From: Trichoplax adhaerens
Taxonomy: Eukaryota; Animalia; Placozoa
Assembly: GCF_000150275.1 (NCBI RefSeq)
Contig: NW_002060954.1
Span: 248,001-312,000 of the forward strand
Direction of reading: 5' to 3'
Length of the DNA: 64,000 nucleotides
The position numbers were made by a program, and so were the translations under genes. The notes beneath the pieces are model-generated. The model searched no databases. It saw only the letters and a program-made list of their open reading frames with translations, and was not told where the DNA came from. This document shows positions 28,701-39,446 of this stretch, piece after piece (the stretch's first letter is position 1; every line of letters begins with the position of its first letter).

Positions 28701-29080
28701 TAGGATCTTTTAACTATATAAAACTAGTTATTATACAGACTCGTATGTGTAAAATATAGGTATAATGGTGAGCTTGTTAATAAGCTATGAACGTAATAAA
28801 ATTACAATTTATGACTAAAATTTATATCAAATTAATTTATAATTTTATACGATAATTTTGCGACATAATTTTAATAAAAATTTTAAAATAAGCCTGAATA
28901 TCATACAAATGAGCCTGTGAGAGCTAAGGGTATAGGCCTAAAAAGCGAAAAGCACAAATACGACATCACAATAACAGTACAATATAGTATAATTGTGCCA
29001 TATATCAAATAAACCATTGTGTTAGTGCGTACAGCAAAAAATTTACAAATTTTTAGCATGTTATATCACTAGATAATAAC

Positions 29081-32000
29081 TCAGGTACTGCGTCTCTTAA
29101 TAGAGTATTTTCCATTAATCAACTGGGTAATGGAAATTCTCATTTTGGATCCATCGGCAGTTTTTTTTACCAAGAACTAAAGATATTGATTCCAGGAGAA
29201 AAATATATGAATAATTCATTCGATAACATTATCGAAAAATAATTAAATGAAATTTTCTGTATCCTATACCTCATTATGACCGATGGAACTCAATATACCA
29301 CTGCAAGATTGAGAAAAAATAAAATAATTAGGATATTTATAAAGCCCTTCCAGCAATGAATAGGAATACCTAATACGCGCGGTATCTTTTCCTTCAATAT
29401 ATACATGTTGACCGCGATGATACCTTGAGATGAAAGAAATCATTCACAACTTACAATTGGAATCCATACATGAAGATCTACAATTCAATTGATGACCTAC
29501 CATCTTTTCTCATAAAATAATTTACCATCTTCTATTCGCGCTTCTGCTGAAATAGAAACATCGGATGCTGCTTTTTGATAATTATGCAACATATGAGATA
29601 CATTGCCCAACGATATTATCGTCACGTTATCCAAATAATTCCTGCATTTATCTATGGCTCACCTTTACTATTTATTGGTTTGGACTAAGCATAGAAGAAA
29701 CGTAAAGTGAAGTAACATTAGTAAAGGCGAGCATGACGTATTAAGAAATTAGCACGAAAAGAGATATTGTATAAATTCATTATAACAAGAATACCTTTTG
29801 TAATAGCTTTAAATCATCAAGAATTTCCTGTTCTGAAATCTGAAGGTTGATTTGAAGTGTGTTGGTTATGGAAAATACTTACGGACAATATTGAAATCGC
29901 TTTATAAACATATTGTAAGAGTAGCTTAAGAAATTCTAAGTACAGACAGTGTAAGATATTTTGATTTTGTTTCTTTCTCTTTTCCTGAGTGGGCCCCGAG
30001 TCGTTCATTTTACGACGCAATTTGCGTGTAGGTATAGTTCGAAATTCTGCCTCTACAGTAGCCGATAGTTACATCACATTTTTTGCTTTACGATTAAGTT
30101 AGTAAATCAAAACTCGAACCGACGTTAGCAGGCAATAAATGACGTATGTTTTATTCAACATGCCTGAATTTCCAGTTATCTCCATAACTTGGCGTTCAGC
30201 ATCTACAGTTCGTTTCTTATCCTGTAAGTCACTAAGGATTGAATCTTTTAATTCTTTAATCAGGTTCTATATAAGAAACGAAGTAATCTTTTAAAATTAA
30301 ATGTACTACAGATCACAGGATAGAGTATAAAATCCCTTTTACTATGTTTAGCTTTACAATTATTCTCTGACCATACGTAATACTGAAGTTCTAGATTTAA
30401 AATTCTAATCTAACACGCAATATTAGTCCGAAGCCATTTGCTATCACCTTCGGCATCTACAATATGCCCCTAATATATGCAAACCTCATGATCTGCTAAC
30501 GAATGCTCTCGTTCCTGTTGATGTTCTTTTTCAATCATGGCAACCTGAAGAGTTCGCATTTTTTAAATTTAAGAAACAGTTTTATGGAATACAACTGCTG
30601 ATATAACATCCACGATAAGTCGCGGAATATAACAAGTTGGAAGTGATTAAGTACAAAATTAACATAGCACAATCAACAATGGTATTGTATGGAGCACTGG
30701 TTACCTCATAATCTCTACTAATTTCTTCGCTCGCACAGTCAAGTACAGAAGAAAAGATTAAATTAAATTAATCACAAATCTGACATTTGCATCAATTTCC
30801 ACCAGGAATGCTGTAAAGACTATTTGAACGAGTTATCCAAAGTAACTTTGTAGAACGTCATTACCACATACTATGATACGAATGTTATATATTCTTACTC
30901 GCGAAAAACGTTCTTTCATCTCTCATTCGTTCTAATTCTCTCAATCTTTTCAAATATTCCGGATGGACACCTTAAGACAGCGATGAGATATTGACGAAAT
31001 CGTTGTAACATCGAAGTAAAGCTTTATAACGTCTTAATTTAAAACAGAGATAATTTAGAGATTCTATACATTAACTACAAGTTGTCAATAGGAGTACAGT
31101 ATGGTATTTTATATTCTAGAATATGAAGCGGACTCGACCGTACATAACCAGTACCAAAATCAGCTGTAAGCAGCACGATACTATTCAATCACTTCTCTAC
31201 GATGAGATACCTAAAATTCGTTTATACGTGCTGTTTTAACAAGCTATAATAAAGTATTGTCGCTACATACCATCACGAATCTGCTGTAGCTCTTCTTTAA
31301 GGCTCTTTAATTTTTCTTTGTACATGCTATTTAAATTTAGAGATATTTATAACCCTGTATTGCCTGAGGATGATACGAGAATGCATACTACACAGTACAC
31401 AGGCTTAAAAGTTTAGACCCCGATTTATCTCACAGAAGGCTTACATTTCCTTTAATTCAGCGAAATCTTCTTCCATTTTTGCTTGATCAGTTTCACTAGC
31501 ATCTTCAGTATCTGAAGAATTCGAGCTATGTTTAGTCAAAACCAAATCTATGATTATACAGGCATTTACGTTAAATCACTCGGAAGTGAGGACATGATGA
31601 ATACAGGTATTCATTCAAATATCACTGTAACACCACAGCTTTACTACACTAAAGTTGGTGGCCGATGCAAATTGCTATCTACTGCATTAGTGGTTCTAAC
31701 ATTGTAACCCTAAGCTGGGTGTTGGTGGTCCGTCAGAAACAGTGTAATCCCAGAATTTAGGTGCATTTTTGAGTTAATGATATATACTGTTAAAATTTTA
31801 GTCAAAAAGTTGAAGCGAGGTGCAAGTATTTTGCACTTATTATAACCCTTTCGCATGGAACAAAAGTAGTGATTAGCAAAAGAAAAAGAAAAAAAAAGAT
31901 ACACGATAATGTAAAGTCGAAATAATTAAGTCGGATAAACTAAAATGGATGTGTATCATAAAGATATGTTTTAAATAAATTATAATTATAATTAACAGTA

Positions 32001-32243
32001 ATAATAAAAAATTGAATACTCTACAGCATGTTGCAGATATAACAGCACTAAATTCCATTTCTTACAAGTCGCGGATTAACTACTACAAGTACGCGTACAT
32101 TATTGACATTGATCCATATATTACATGATGTGAAAGCAATTCGACGAAGCTACAGTGGTATGGATTTTAAACTAACCTTCGTCCGATTCATAAGCATAGG
32201 AATCGCTACCTTCAACATCTTCTGGATAAATTCGATCTCCCAT
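29081..32243 (-). CDS. SUDS3: Sin3-HDAC corepressor subunit SDS3
   Basis: ESDE/DTEDASETD, MYKEKLKSLKEELQQIRDG, TRKLRRK, QINLQISEQEILDDLK, AEARIEDGKLFYEKRW and IWVKKTADGSKMRISITQLINGKYSIKRRST* resemble SUDS3. Confidence 0.92.
29857..29959 (-). other. U12-type AT-AC intron in SUDS3
   Basis: 5' end ATATCTTAC, branch-like TTTTCCATAAC ending 8 nt before the intron 3' end, and a terminal AC. Removal gives KRKKQNQIQINLQ, gapless against human KRRKPAPAQLNYL as I recall it. Confidence 0.88.
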
Positions 32244-32326
32244 TTTGAATTTTCTTTTTTTTTCTAAGTTCAGGGGTTCAGTTGTAACGACTCGTAACAA
32301 GTGGAACAACATACAATATTTATCGA

Positions 32327-32890
32327 TACTACAGTACTGTATACCAGTACTCATAGTTCAACGGACTCCAGCCAGCGATACTGTACTGTACAGTACTGTA
32401 CGGTACTGTACAGTATATTAGAGTACAGTACAGTACATACAATGTGCCCGTACAGTGCTGTACAGTACACTAGAGACACTCTACAGTATGTACTATACTG
32501 TACACTACACAATGTTCTTAGTGTAACTGTACAGTATTAAATTAAATCTAAATCTATACTGTATGCTGATCTGACTCTAACGTTAACGAAAAGTGAGTAA
32601 GTCTACAGTATACTGTATTTGCACATATACTGAACGTAGTACAAATATCGCTTATACTGTACAGTATCATCTCCCGTAAAATATGTTTATAATACTGTAC
32701 CTCAAGAAATTAATGCACACCTCGAAAATGTAATTATTTTAAAAATAATTTTATAAAAATAAATAAAAATGCTGTACAGTACAGTAGTATGAAATTATAT
32801 TATCAGTACAGAGTTTGACTTGTACAGTACTGTATACAGTATACTACTACTGTAGAACTGATAGAAAATAAATTGCAAGAAACGTACTGT
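32327..32890. repeat. (GTACW)n pentamer array upstream of SUDS3
   Basis: tactgtactgtacagtactgtacggtactgtacagta at about 32379-32415 and further clusters to about 32890. The array starts about 85 nt upstream of the SUDS3 ATG. Confidence 0.9.
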
Positions 32891-33556
32891 AATAAAAAGG
32901 CTAGCAGTCATAACCAATGTTGTAGCCATAGAGATATTTAAGAAAAAACCTTTCTTATATCATTAAAATTATCGAATCATGGTATTAAATCTGATTTGGA
33001 ATGATTTACGATTAAGTCTCGGCACAGTCCAATCCGGTATTTAAGTAATTATGTAACTACTTTTGACTATGATCAAGTGGAGTCGTGTTTGAAACATTTT
33101 GGATGTACACTATTATAATAATTAATTATTAACTTAAGATAGTACGTAGTGCATTCCACGGGTTTCACAAGTTTCTATAAATATGAAATTCGGTTTAGGT
33201 GTTGAAGAGAACATTCGTGGTTGCTTAGAAATAAACTTACCGTACACAACCATTGTCTGCTTTTATGTAAGACTTAAAATACTAATCATAGAGATGATCT
33301 AGTACTTAGTTGCTTCAGGTTTGTAAACGCTCAGAGGCTTAATTAACTACTTTAGTGCTTAGCTTCATCAATGGGACGATTGAGAAATTTATTGGTGATC
33401 AATCTCGTAGTAATCGTTAGTCGTTTGTGTTGCAATCGTAGTTTAACACCAACTTTTTGACTTTGTGGGGTGAAATTTTATCTGTAGGCGTCCCTCATCA
33501 TGTACGCCGTACGTCCTTATCATGGCTTCCTGTACATGATTGTCTAACACTGGTAA

Positions 33557-33635
33557 GTACATTAGACACTTCAGATTTTAACTTAATGTTCATGGATTCT
33601 GAATATCAAGTTAAAATCTGAAGGGTCTAACGTAT
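33557..33635. mobile_element. Palindromic element (36-bp arms, 7-nt spacer), possible MITE or foldback remnant with TA flanks
   Basis: gtacattagacacttcagattttaacttaatgttca / tggattc / tgaatatcaagttaaaatctgaagggtctaacgtat: 31 of 36 positions are complementary. The core CATTAG...CTAACG is flanked by TA on both sides. Confidence 0.5.
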
Positions 33636-33742
33636 ATGTACAAAAATGTACATACTAGCAGGTAATAGTATAAGTACGAACTCTTATATTAAGCATGGCA
33701 TAGTGTACACTATTGCAAGACTGTCATGTCATTTTACTGCGC

Positions 33743-34287
33743 CCAAGGGTTTGGTTTCTTCCAGTGATAGCTAGTCTACATTCAAGATTACATTTAGTAA
33801 GTTGAAAATTATTAATCTACAATTGCAGTTAGTAAGTTGAAAATTATTAATCCAAGGGTTTAGTTTCTTCTAGTGATGGACTGGTAAGGATAATCCTATC
33901 CGAACCAGAAAGAAAGTGCACGAGTCAGTCCTACTCCTGAGTTGAGTCGTACCGATCGCGCCGATAGCAGTCTGCGTTCAAGATTGCATTTAGTAAGTTG
34001 AAAATTATTAATCTGCAACTCTCCTTCCCTCCCTAAAAAAGTCCCGACCTTTATACCCGTAGGGTGTCTGCAGAATCTACAGTAAGCCTTCCTAATACTT
34101 GGAAGTCCTATCCATAGAGGTACTTATGGTCCTAACATAGCTATTCTGTGTCATGGACTTTGAATTAATTAATCTTAGCTTTTTCGAATCTCAGTGCAAG
34201 CAGTAGTATAAGTCTGGAAGTCCTAACCACAGAGGTTCTTCCCTATAGTCCTAACATAGCTATTTTGTATTGTACAAGCAGTAGTAT
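33743..34287. repeat. Mosaic of short direct duplications
   Basis: ttagtaagttgaaaattattaatc x3 (33794, 33829, 33990); ccaagggtttrgtttcttcyagtgat x2 (33743, 33852); ggaagtccta...gtcctaacatagctatt x2 (34101, 34216); caagcagtagtat x2. Confidence 0.85.
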
Positions 34288-35294
34288 TGTATAAGTCTTT
34301 TTGTACAGTCTGGATATACTTTTAGCAGTACTTCGGTCTAACAAATTTACAAGTACTATATATAGTACGGGCATACCATCAATACAGTAAATAGCATTTG
34401 GCTTCAGCGCAAGTTAAAACTTGATTACTTATTCATTTTAATACTAGAGTAATATAAATGTATACTGTATAGATATATGTATAGCCTGTAAATTCATTTC
34501 TTTAGTGATTTTACTATATATAATACAGTAGCTACTTAAATACTTTTACTTAAAATTAGGTTGGAATGAAACAGACGCTTATTTAATTCCAAGAGATAAA
34601 GCTCAAAGTTCGAGAGCTGAATTTGTTAAATCATTTTACTTGATTAATGGTATACGGGCATGAGATGATTATAGACCTGGTATTGCAGTAATTATATAAT
34701 TACAAACGTAACAATATCACGAGATTCCCCTTTCATAAATTCGGTATATCTTATAAATAATGTATAAATGTTAGTTTGACGCTCTAAGTATATATTAATG
34801 GAACCATTAGCGCTATATGATACTTAAATCAGCAATTTATACAGGTACATATGATTATACGGGTATATATATAATTAATCAATTAATTATTATTATAATA
34901 CTGTATATACCAATTTACAGTAATAGTAATCTCTTTACGCTACAGCACCAGCATCGCTTAGGTTTATCACTTAAACTAATTTTTCATCCATCTATGTAGA
35001 CAATCTATTCTTTACCGCAACAATATTGCTATGGTCTGTTACTGGACTTAAGTTCTCGATAGTTTAATCGGTAATCTTGTTTGTCGTGACAAACAAGATT
35101 CATACCGATTAAACAAAAGGTACGCAATATTAGTAGAAAACTGAGCGGCTTTTCATAACTGAGCATTTCAACTTGACAGTGGGGCAATGTTCTAATTAAA
35201 TTATAACATTTACTCCAGATGTAGAAACAACGTAAATGGCATAGAGTTAAACATTACATGGCATAACAGGAGTAAATTTATTATTAGATTTAGG

Positions 35295-36032
35295 TTAGGC
35301 TTCTCTCAACTTTAGATAATAATAGAACGTCAGAATAATTCCAATAGCTTGGATAAAACCCAATGCGAAACAAACACCACCGATTACATACACATTTTCA
35401 TCAACAAACTCCGACAGTGCTGTCCCACAGCCCTTATAGTAGATGTTCGATGGACTTGTCGTAACAACACAACTGCGAGATACTGTTATACAGCAACTTT
35501 CTGGAACGAAGTTTCTATCATGCAGTGACTCATTCTTACGCCATAGTGAGTAGCGCCAATCCATCCAAGATTTGGTACCACAACACTTTCTTCGCTGTTG
35601 AAGTCTATCTATGGAATTAGTTACCGGCTGATTAAATCCATACTGAGATGTTATCGTCAGATTTAGGCCGTTTTGAGCAGCAAGCATCATACTGTCGTGC
35701 TGACCATAGATAACACATCCAATAATAACCTCAATTAGAAATAGCGTGCTTAAAATGCCAAAATATACCAGAATTAAACGGCAGCTTCCACGATAAGACG
35801 CACCACAGCCGATAGCACCTAAAACGGCGATCACTAGTCCTCCTATTATTAGTAAAACTGAAGTAGAAATGTATCCTCCATCGCCAGTATAGATATGAAA
35901 TTCACTATTGGTAGCATTAATCCATGCTCCAAAAATCAGCATACTTAGACCACAAATAACAAGTAAGAAATTAAAAAAAATCGCTACACGTTTTGCATAA
36001 TCCACCGCCGTCCACTTCGGTTTGCTGGCCAT
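35295..36032 (-). CDS. Tetraspanin, CD151/TSPAN11-like; CDS has no introns
   Basis: 245-aa ORF with four hydrophobic helices, GAIGCGA, CCG, VPESCC, SNIYYKGC and DWRYSLW, similar to the CD151 large extracellular loop. Confidence 0.92.
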   Translation of the reverse strand: MASKPKWTAVDYAKRVAIFFNFLLVICGLSMLIFGAWINATNSEFHIYTGDGGYISTSVLLIIGGLVIAVLGAIGCGASYRGSCRLILVYFGILSTLFLIEVIIGCVIYGQHDSMMLAAQNGLNLTITSQYGFNQPVTNSIDRLQQRRKCCGTKSWMDWRYSLWRKNESLHDRNFVPESCCITVSRSCVVTTSPSNIYYKGCGTALSEFVDENVYVIGGVCFALGFIQAIGIILTFYYYLKLREA

Positions 36033-36052
36033 GTTGTACTCACAATCTCATG

Positions 36053-36843
36053 GTACTGTTACTGTTCAGTCTATTACTAGAGGCTATGTACTGTGCTGTA
36101 CAGTACTGTACTGTACTGTACTGTACCTTGTAATTACCGTACAGTACTGTACAGTACGATATAGTAAAGTCTCAGTACATTGTACTGTATCGTATTTCGC
36201 GTGTTGAATGGAGCGATTGAGTTTGCTCAGAAGTAGTTCTGTTATCAAAACAAGATGGCTTCCGATGCTTACTTAAAATGACGATAGGCCACTGGGGAAT
36301 AATAAAATTTCGTTTAAATTTAGGCCATTTAGTCCATTTGAGGATAGTCTAAACTGTAGTGATGATGCATTTTGAAAATCTTAGCAAAGCTATTTTTCGA
36401 TATGGTCTACTGTACAGTACTTAGTCTGGTCTGCAGAATACTGTACACTGTACGGCAGGTACTGTAGGATTAAAAAATGATTGTACAGTACTGTACACAG
36501 TACTGAGCATGATGTACTGTACAGTACAGTACTGTACTGTACTGTACACTAAGTTGAACATTGTACTGTAAGCTCAGCACAATTTTCGCTTACAGTACTG
36601 TACTGTACAGTGTACAGTAGACTATACGAGAATAGCAAAAGTTGTTTAAATCAGACCTTCAATAGTTCATACGGTATACTGTACTGTAGTCGTTCCGTTC
36701 TGTAGTGTTTACGTACTGTACTTAACATTGCGCAACACGCTCTTTATCATCGGGAATGTGCACTGTACAGTACTTATCTGCCCCGGTTACTCCTTGCAAT
36801 TTACTGTACTGTACTATACTGTACTGTAGTGTACAGTACTGTG
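36053..36843. repeat. (GTACW)n pentamer array between the divergent tetraspanin and EIF3I genes
   Basis: ctgtacagtactgtactgtactgtactgtac at about 36096-36126 and gtactgtacagtacagtactgtactgtactgtac at about 36514-36547, with more units to 36843. Confidence 0.92.
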
Positions 36844-36974
36844 CTCCGCAAAATCCAAGGGTTACTCTTCGCTAACCGCTAGTCGACAATCTTCAAAGCT
36901 CTTTCTTAAATCAGTTAATGAGCAGTGCGTAATTTCAAAGAGTAGACACGTGCAGATAACTTTTCGATAAGAAC

Positions 36975-38890
36975 ATGGTAAGTTGAACCAATAGAATAAA
37001 TGTTTAATACTTCTTAGTTACAGTGCTACACCACCAGCTAGAGTTGACTGAAATTATGCTTAAAAGTTCGAATTCGTAATTATACTTGAAAGAGTCCACA
37101 CTAATATAAATTGCATCTTCATTTTAGAGACCGATTCTCCTTCATGGGCACGAACGTGCTATTACTCAAATTAGATATAATAGAGAAGGAGATCTCTTAT
37201 TCTCCGCAGGGAAAGACCATTCTCCATCAGTCTGGTATTCTGATAACGGGGAAAGATTAGGAACGTACGATGGACACAGTGGTGTAGTTTGGTGTATAAA
37301 CAGTAATTGTATCCTTCTGTGTAATTTGTACTATGAATAATTTGCAACAAATTCGAAGCAAATATTCCACCACCTACAAAGGATCTGCTATAGTTTCATA
37401 CTCAAGCTGTTGAATATAGTATGTTTTCTACAAGCGTATTATATAACACATTGGTTAATCTTCCTTAATAAGAATTGATTGTAGGGGACTCAACAAAAGT
37501 CGTAACGGGCTCTGGTGATAACTCATATATAATTTGGGATTGTGAAACTGGCAAACAGTTGCATAGAATTGACACCAGGGCAGCCGTTAGATCTTGCGGC
37601 TTTTCGTACAGTGGACGAGCTCTTCTAATAACCACTGATCAGCAGCGCGGTTATGAATCTGAAATATTACTCTTTGGTTTAGATGACCCCACTCAAATAA
37701 GTAATATTATTACTGTTTAAAATATTAATGAAAGATACTTCTGACATCTGTTCTGCGTATAATATTACATTTTTTATTCAATTCTAAATCTAAGACGACG
37801 GTGAACCTTACCTGAGAATTCCAATCTCAAAAGATAATGCCAAGATAACAACAGCTGTCTGGGGTAAATTAGACCGGTACTTAATTGTTGGTCATGAAAA
37901 TGGCGAGGTCTCTCAATTTGATGCCACCGTAAGCTCGCCCGAAAACTCTAATTTTTAAATAGTTAAATAGTTATCACTTAATCTACGATTTATTATCATA
38001 ACAAATAATAGCATAAATCCAATTTATTATATTATCATTCTTTTACTTGGCACTAGACTGGCGAAAAGTTGCACAGTGTCACGGAGCACAGAAAAGCAAT
38101 TTCTGATATAAATATGTACAAAGATCAATCCATGTTTGTTACTGCTTCGAAGGACAGTACCGCTAAGGTAGGTTTGCTATATTATTTTAACTCTGACATC
38201 AATGGAATTTAAGGAGCATAGGATCATTACTTTATTTCTAATTGTGATTTGAATTTCTTCATGATAGCTATTTGATGCTGATGATCTGACCTTGCTAAAA
38301 ACTTACAAAACTGAACGCCCTGTAAATTCGGCTGCTCTGTCATCATTGAAAGATCACGTAAGGAAACGTTACTGCAAGTTACGGAATCCAAAGATCGCGA
38401 CATAACCTATTTCATTACGTTGTATAGGTGGTTCTTGGAGGTGGTCAAGAAGCTATTGACGTAACTACAACTGCAGCGCAGGCTGGTAAATTCGACGCCC
38501 GCTTTTATCATGTAGTCTTTGAGGAGGAAATAGGCCGAGTAAAAGGTCATTTTGGTCCTATCAATAGCGTTAGATTTCACCCTGATGGAAAAAGGTAGTA
38601 ATCAAATAATTATAATAGCCTCAAGTTCTGTATGTTGTCAAATTTTAATAACAAATTAATGCTTTTGAGTAATTTGAAACTCAACATGAAAAGTAGTTAT
38701 ATTTAATGTTAGCAAACCTATTCGATGTAATTTAAATCACACGCGGTTAATGTATGGTAGCTGAATTTATATGATTTCAAAAATTCTTTATTTTTCTTTC
38801 TAATGCAGCTATAGCAGTGGAGGAGAAGATGGCTATGTAAGAGTTCACCAGTTCGATCAATCATATTTTGACTTCGAATTTGAATACTAA
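36975..38890 (+). CDS. EIF3I: Eukaryotic translation initiation factor 3 subunit I (WD40)
   Basis: ATG|gtaagt, then [73 protein letters not shown]...YFDFEFEY*. Confidence 0.97.
37309..37484 (+). other. U12-type GT-AG intron in EIF3I
   Basis: 5' GTATCCTTC, branch TTCCTTAAT at 37461-37469, AG at 37483-37484. Splicing restores the conserved Trp in [16 protein letters not shown]. Confidence 0.92.
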
Positions 38891-39378
38891 ACCAAAATAA
38901 ACGTGTTTAACCTCACTAGCTAGTCCTTCTAATTTCGCACGAGAAGCTTGGGTGTAGATTGAAACTAGCAAATTCTATAAGAACACTATTAACGTCAGAC
39001 TTTGATCTAAAAAATATCGCAGATGCCGACTTCCCCTTTAATAACTGCTCTTACCAAGCATTAGTAGAATATTTGGATGTCCTAGTAGTCCTTCTTACGT
39101 ATTGCAAATACAAGAATAGAAAAATATAAGCAGAATCTACTGTATCTAAAGTGCGAATTTATTTAAGCATTGGCACTACTATAACCACACCCTCCTATAA
39201 CATCCAGCTTATATTATTATAATTGATATAATAACTACTCCGTAACCATTATCGTTGGCTCTCTTTTATACACTGATAATATATGCAGTTTCCTTCAATT
39301 TTCCTTTATTTTTCTTTAAATGACCCAATGCAGCGTGTTTTTTCGTCTACTATAAAGTCCGAGGATGACTTGCGTTCC

Positions 39379-39446
39379 GTTAGGGTTAGGTACGAAGTCG
39401 GGGAGGGTTTAGGGCTTAGTTTCAGTCAGGGCATTAGTGCTAGTTT
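39379..39446 (+). repeat. Degenerate telomere-like hexamer tract
   Basis: GTTAGG GTTAGG ... GAGGGT TTAGGG CTTAGT ... ATTAGT GCTAGT, a G-rich patch in AT-rich intergenic DNA. Confidence 0.55.

Noticed and set aside
31705-31713. TAACCCTAA in SUDS3 intron 1 as a telomerase template (similar short matches near 97-106 and 1929-1939)
   Set aside because: A 9-mer of this composition is expected by chance in 64 kb of AT-rich DNA, and I saw no supporting structure.
33794-34013. Three identical 24-bp repeats as a CRISPR-like array
   Set aside because: Spacing is irregular, the flanks are themselves duplicated, the context is eukaryotic and there are no cas genes.
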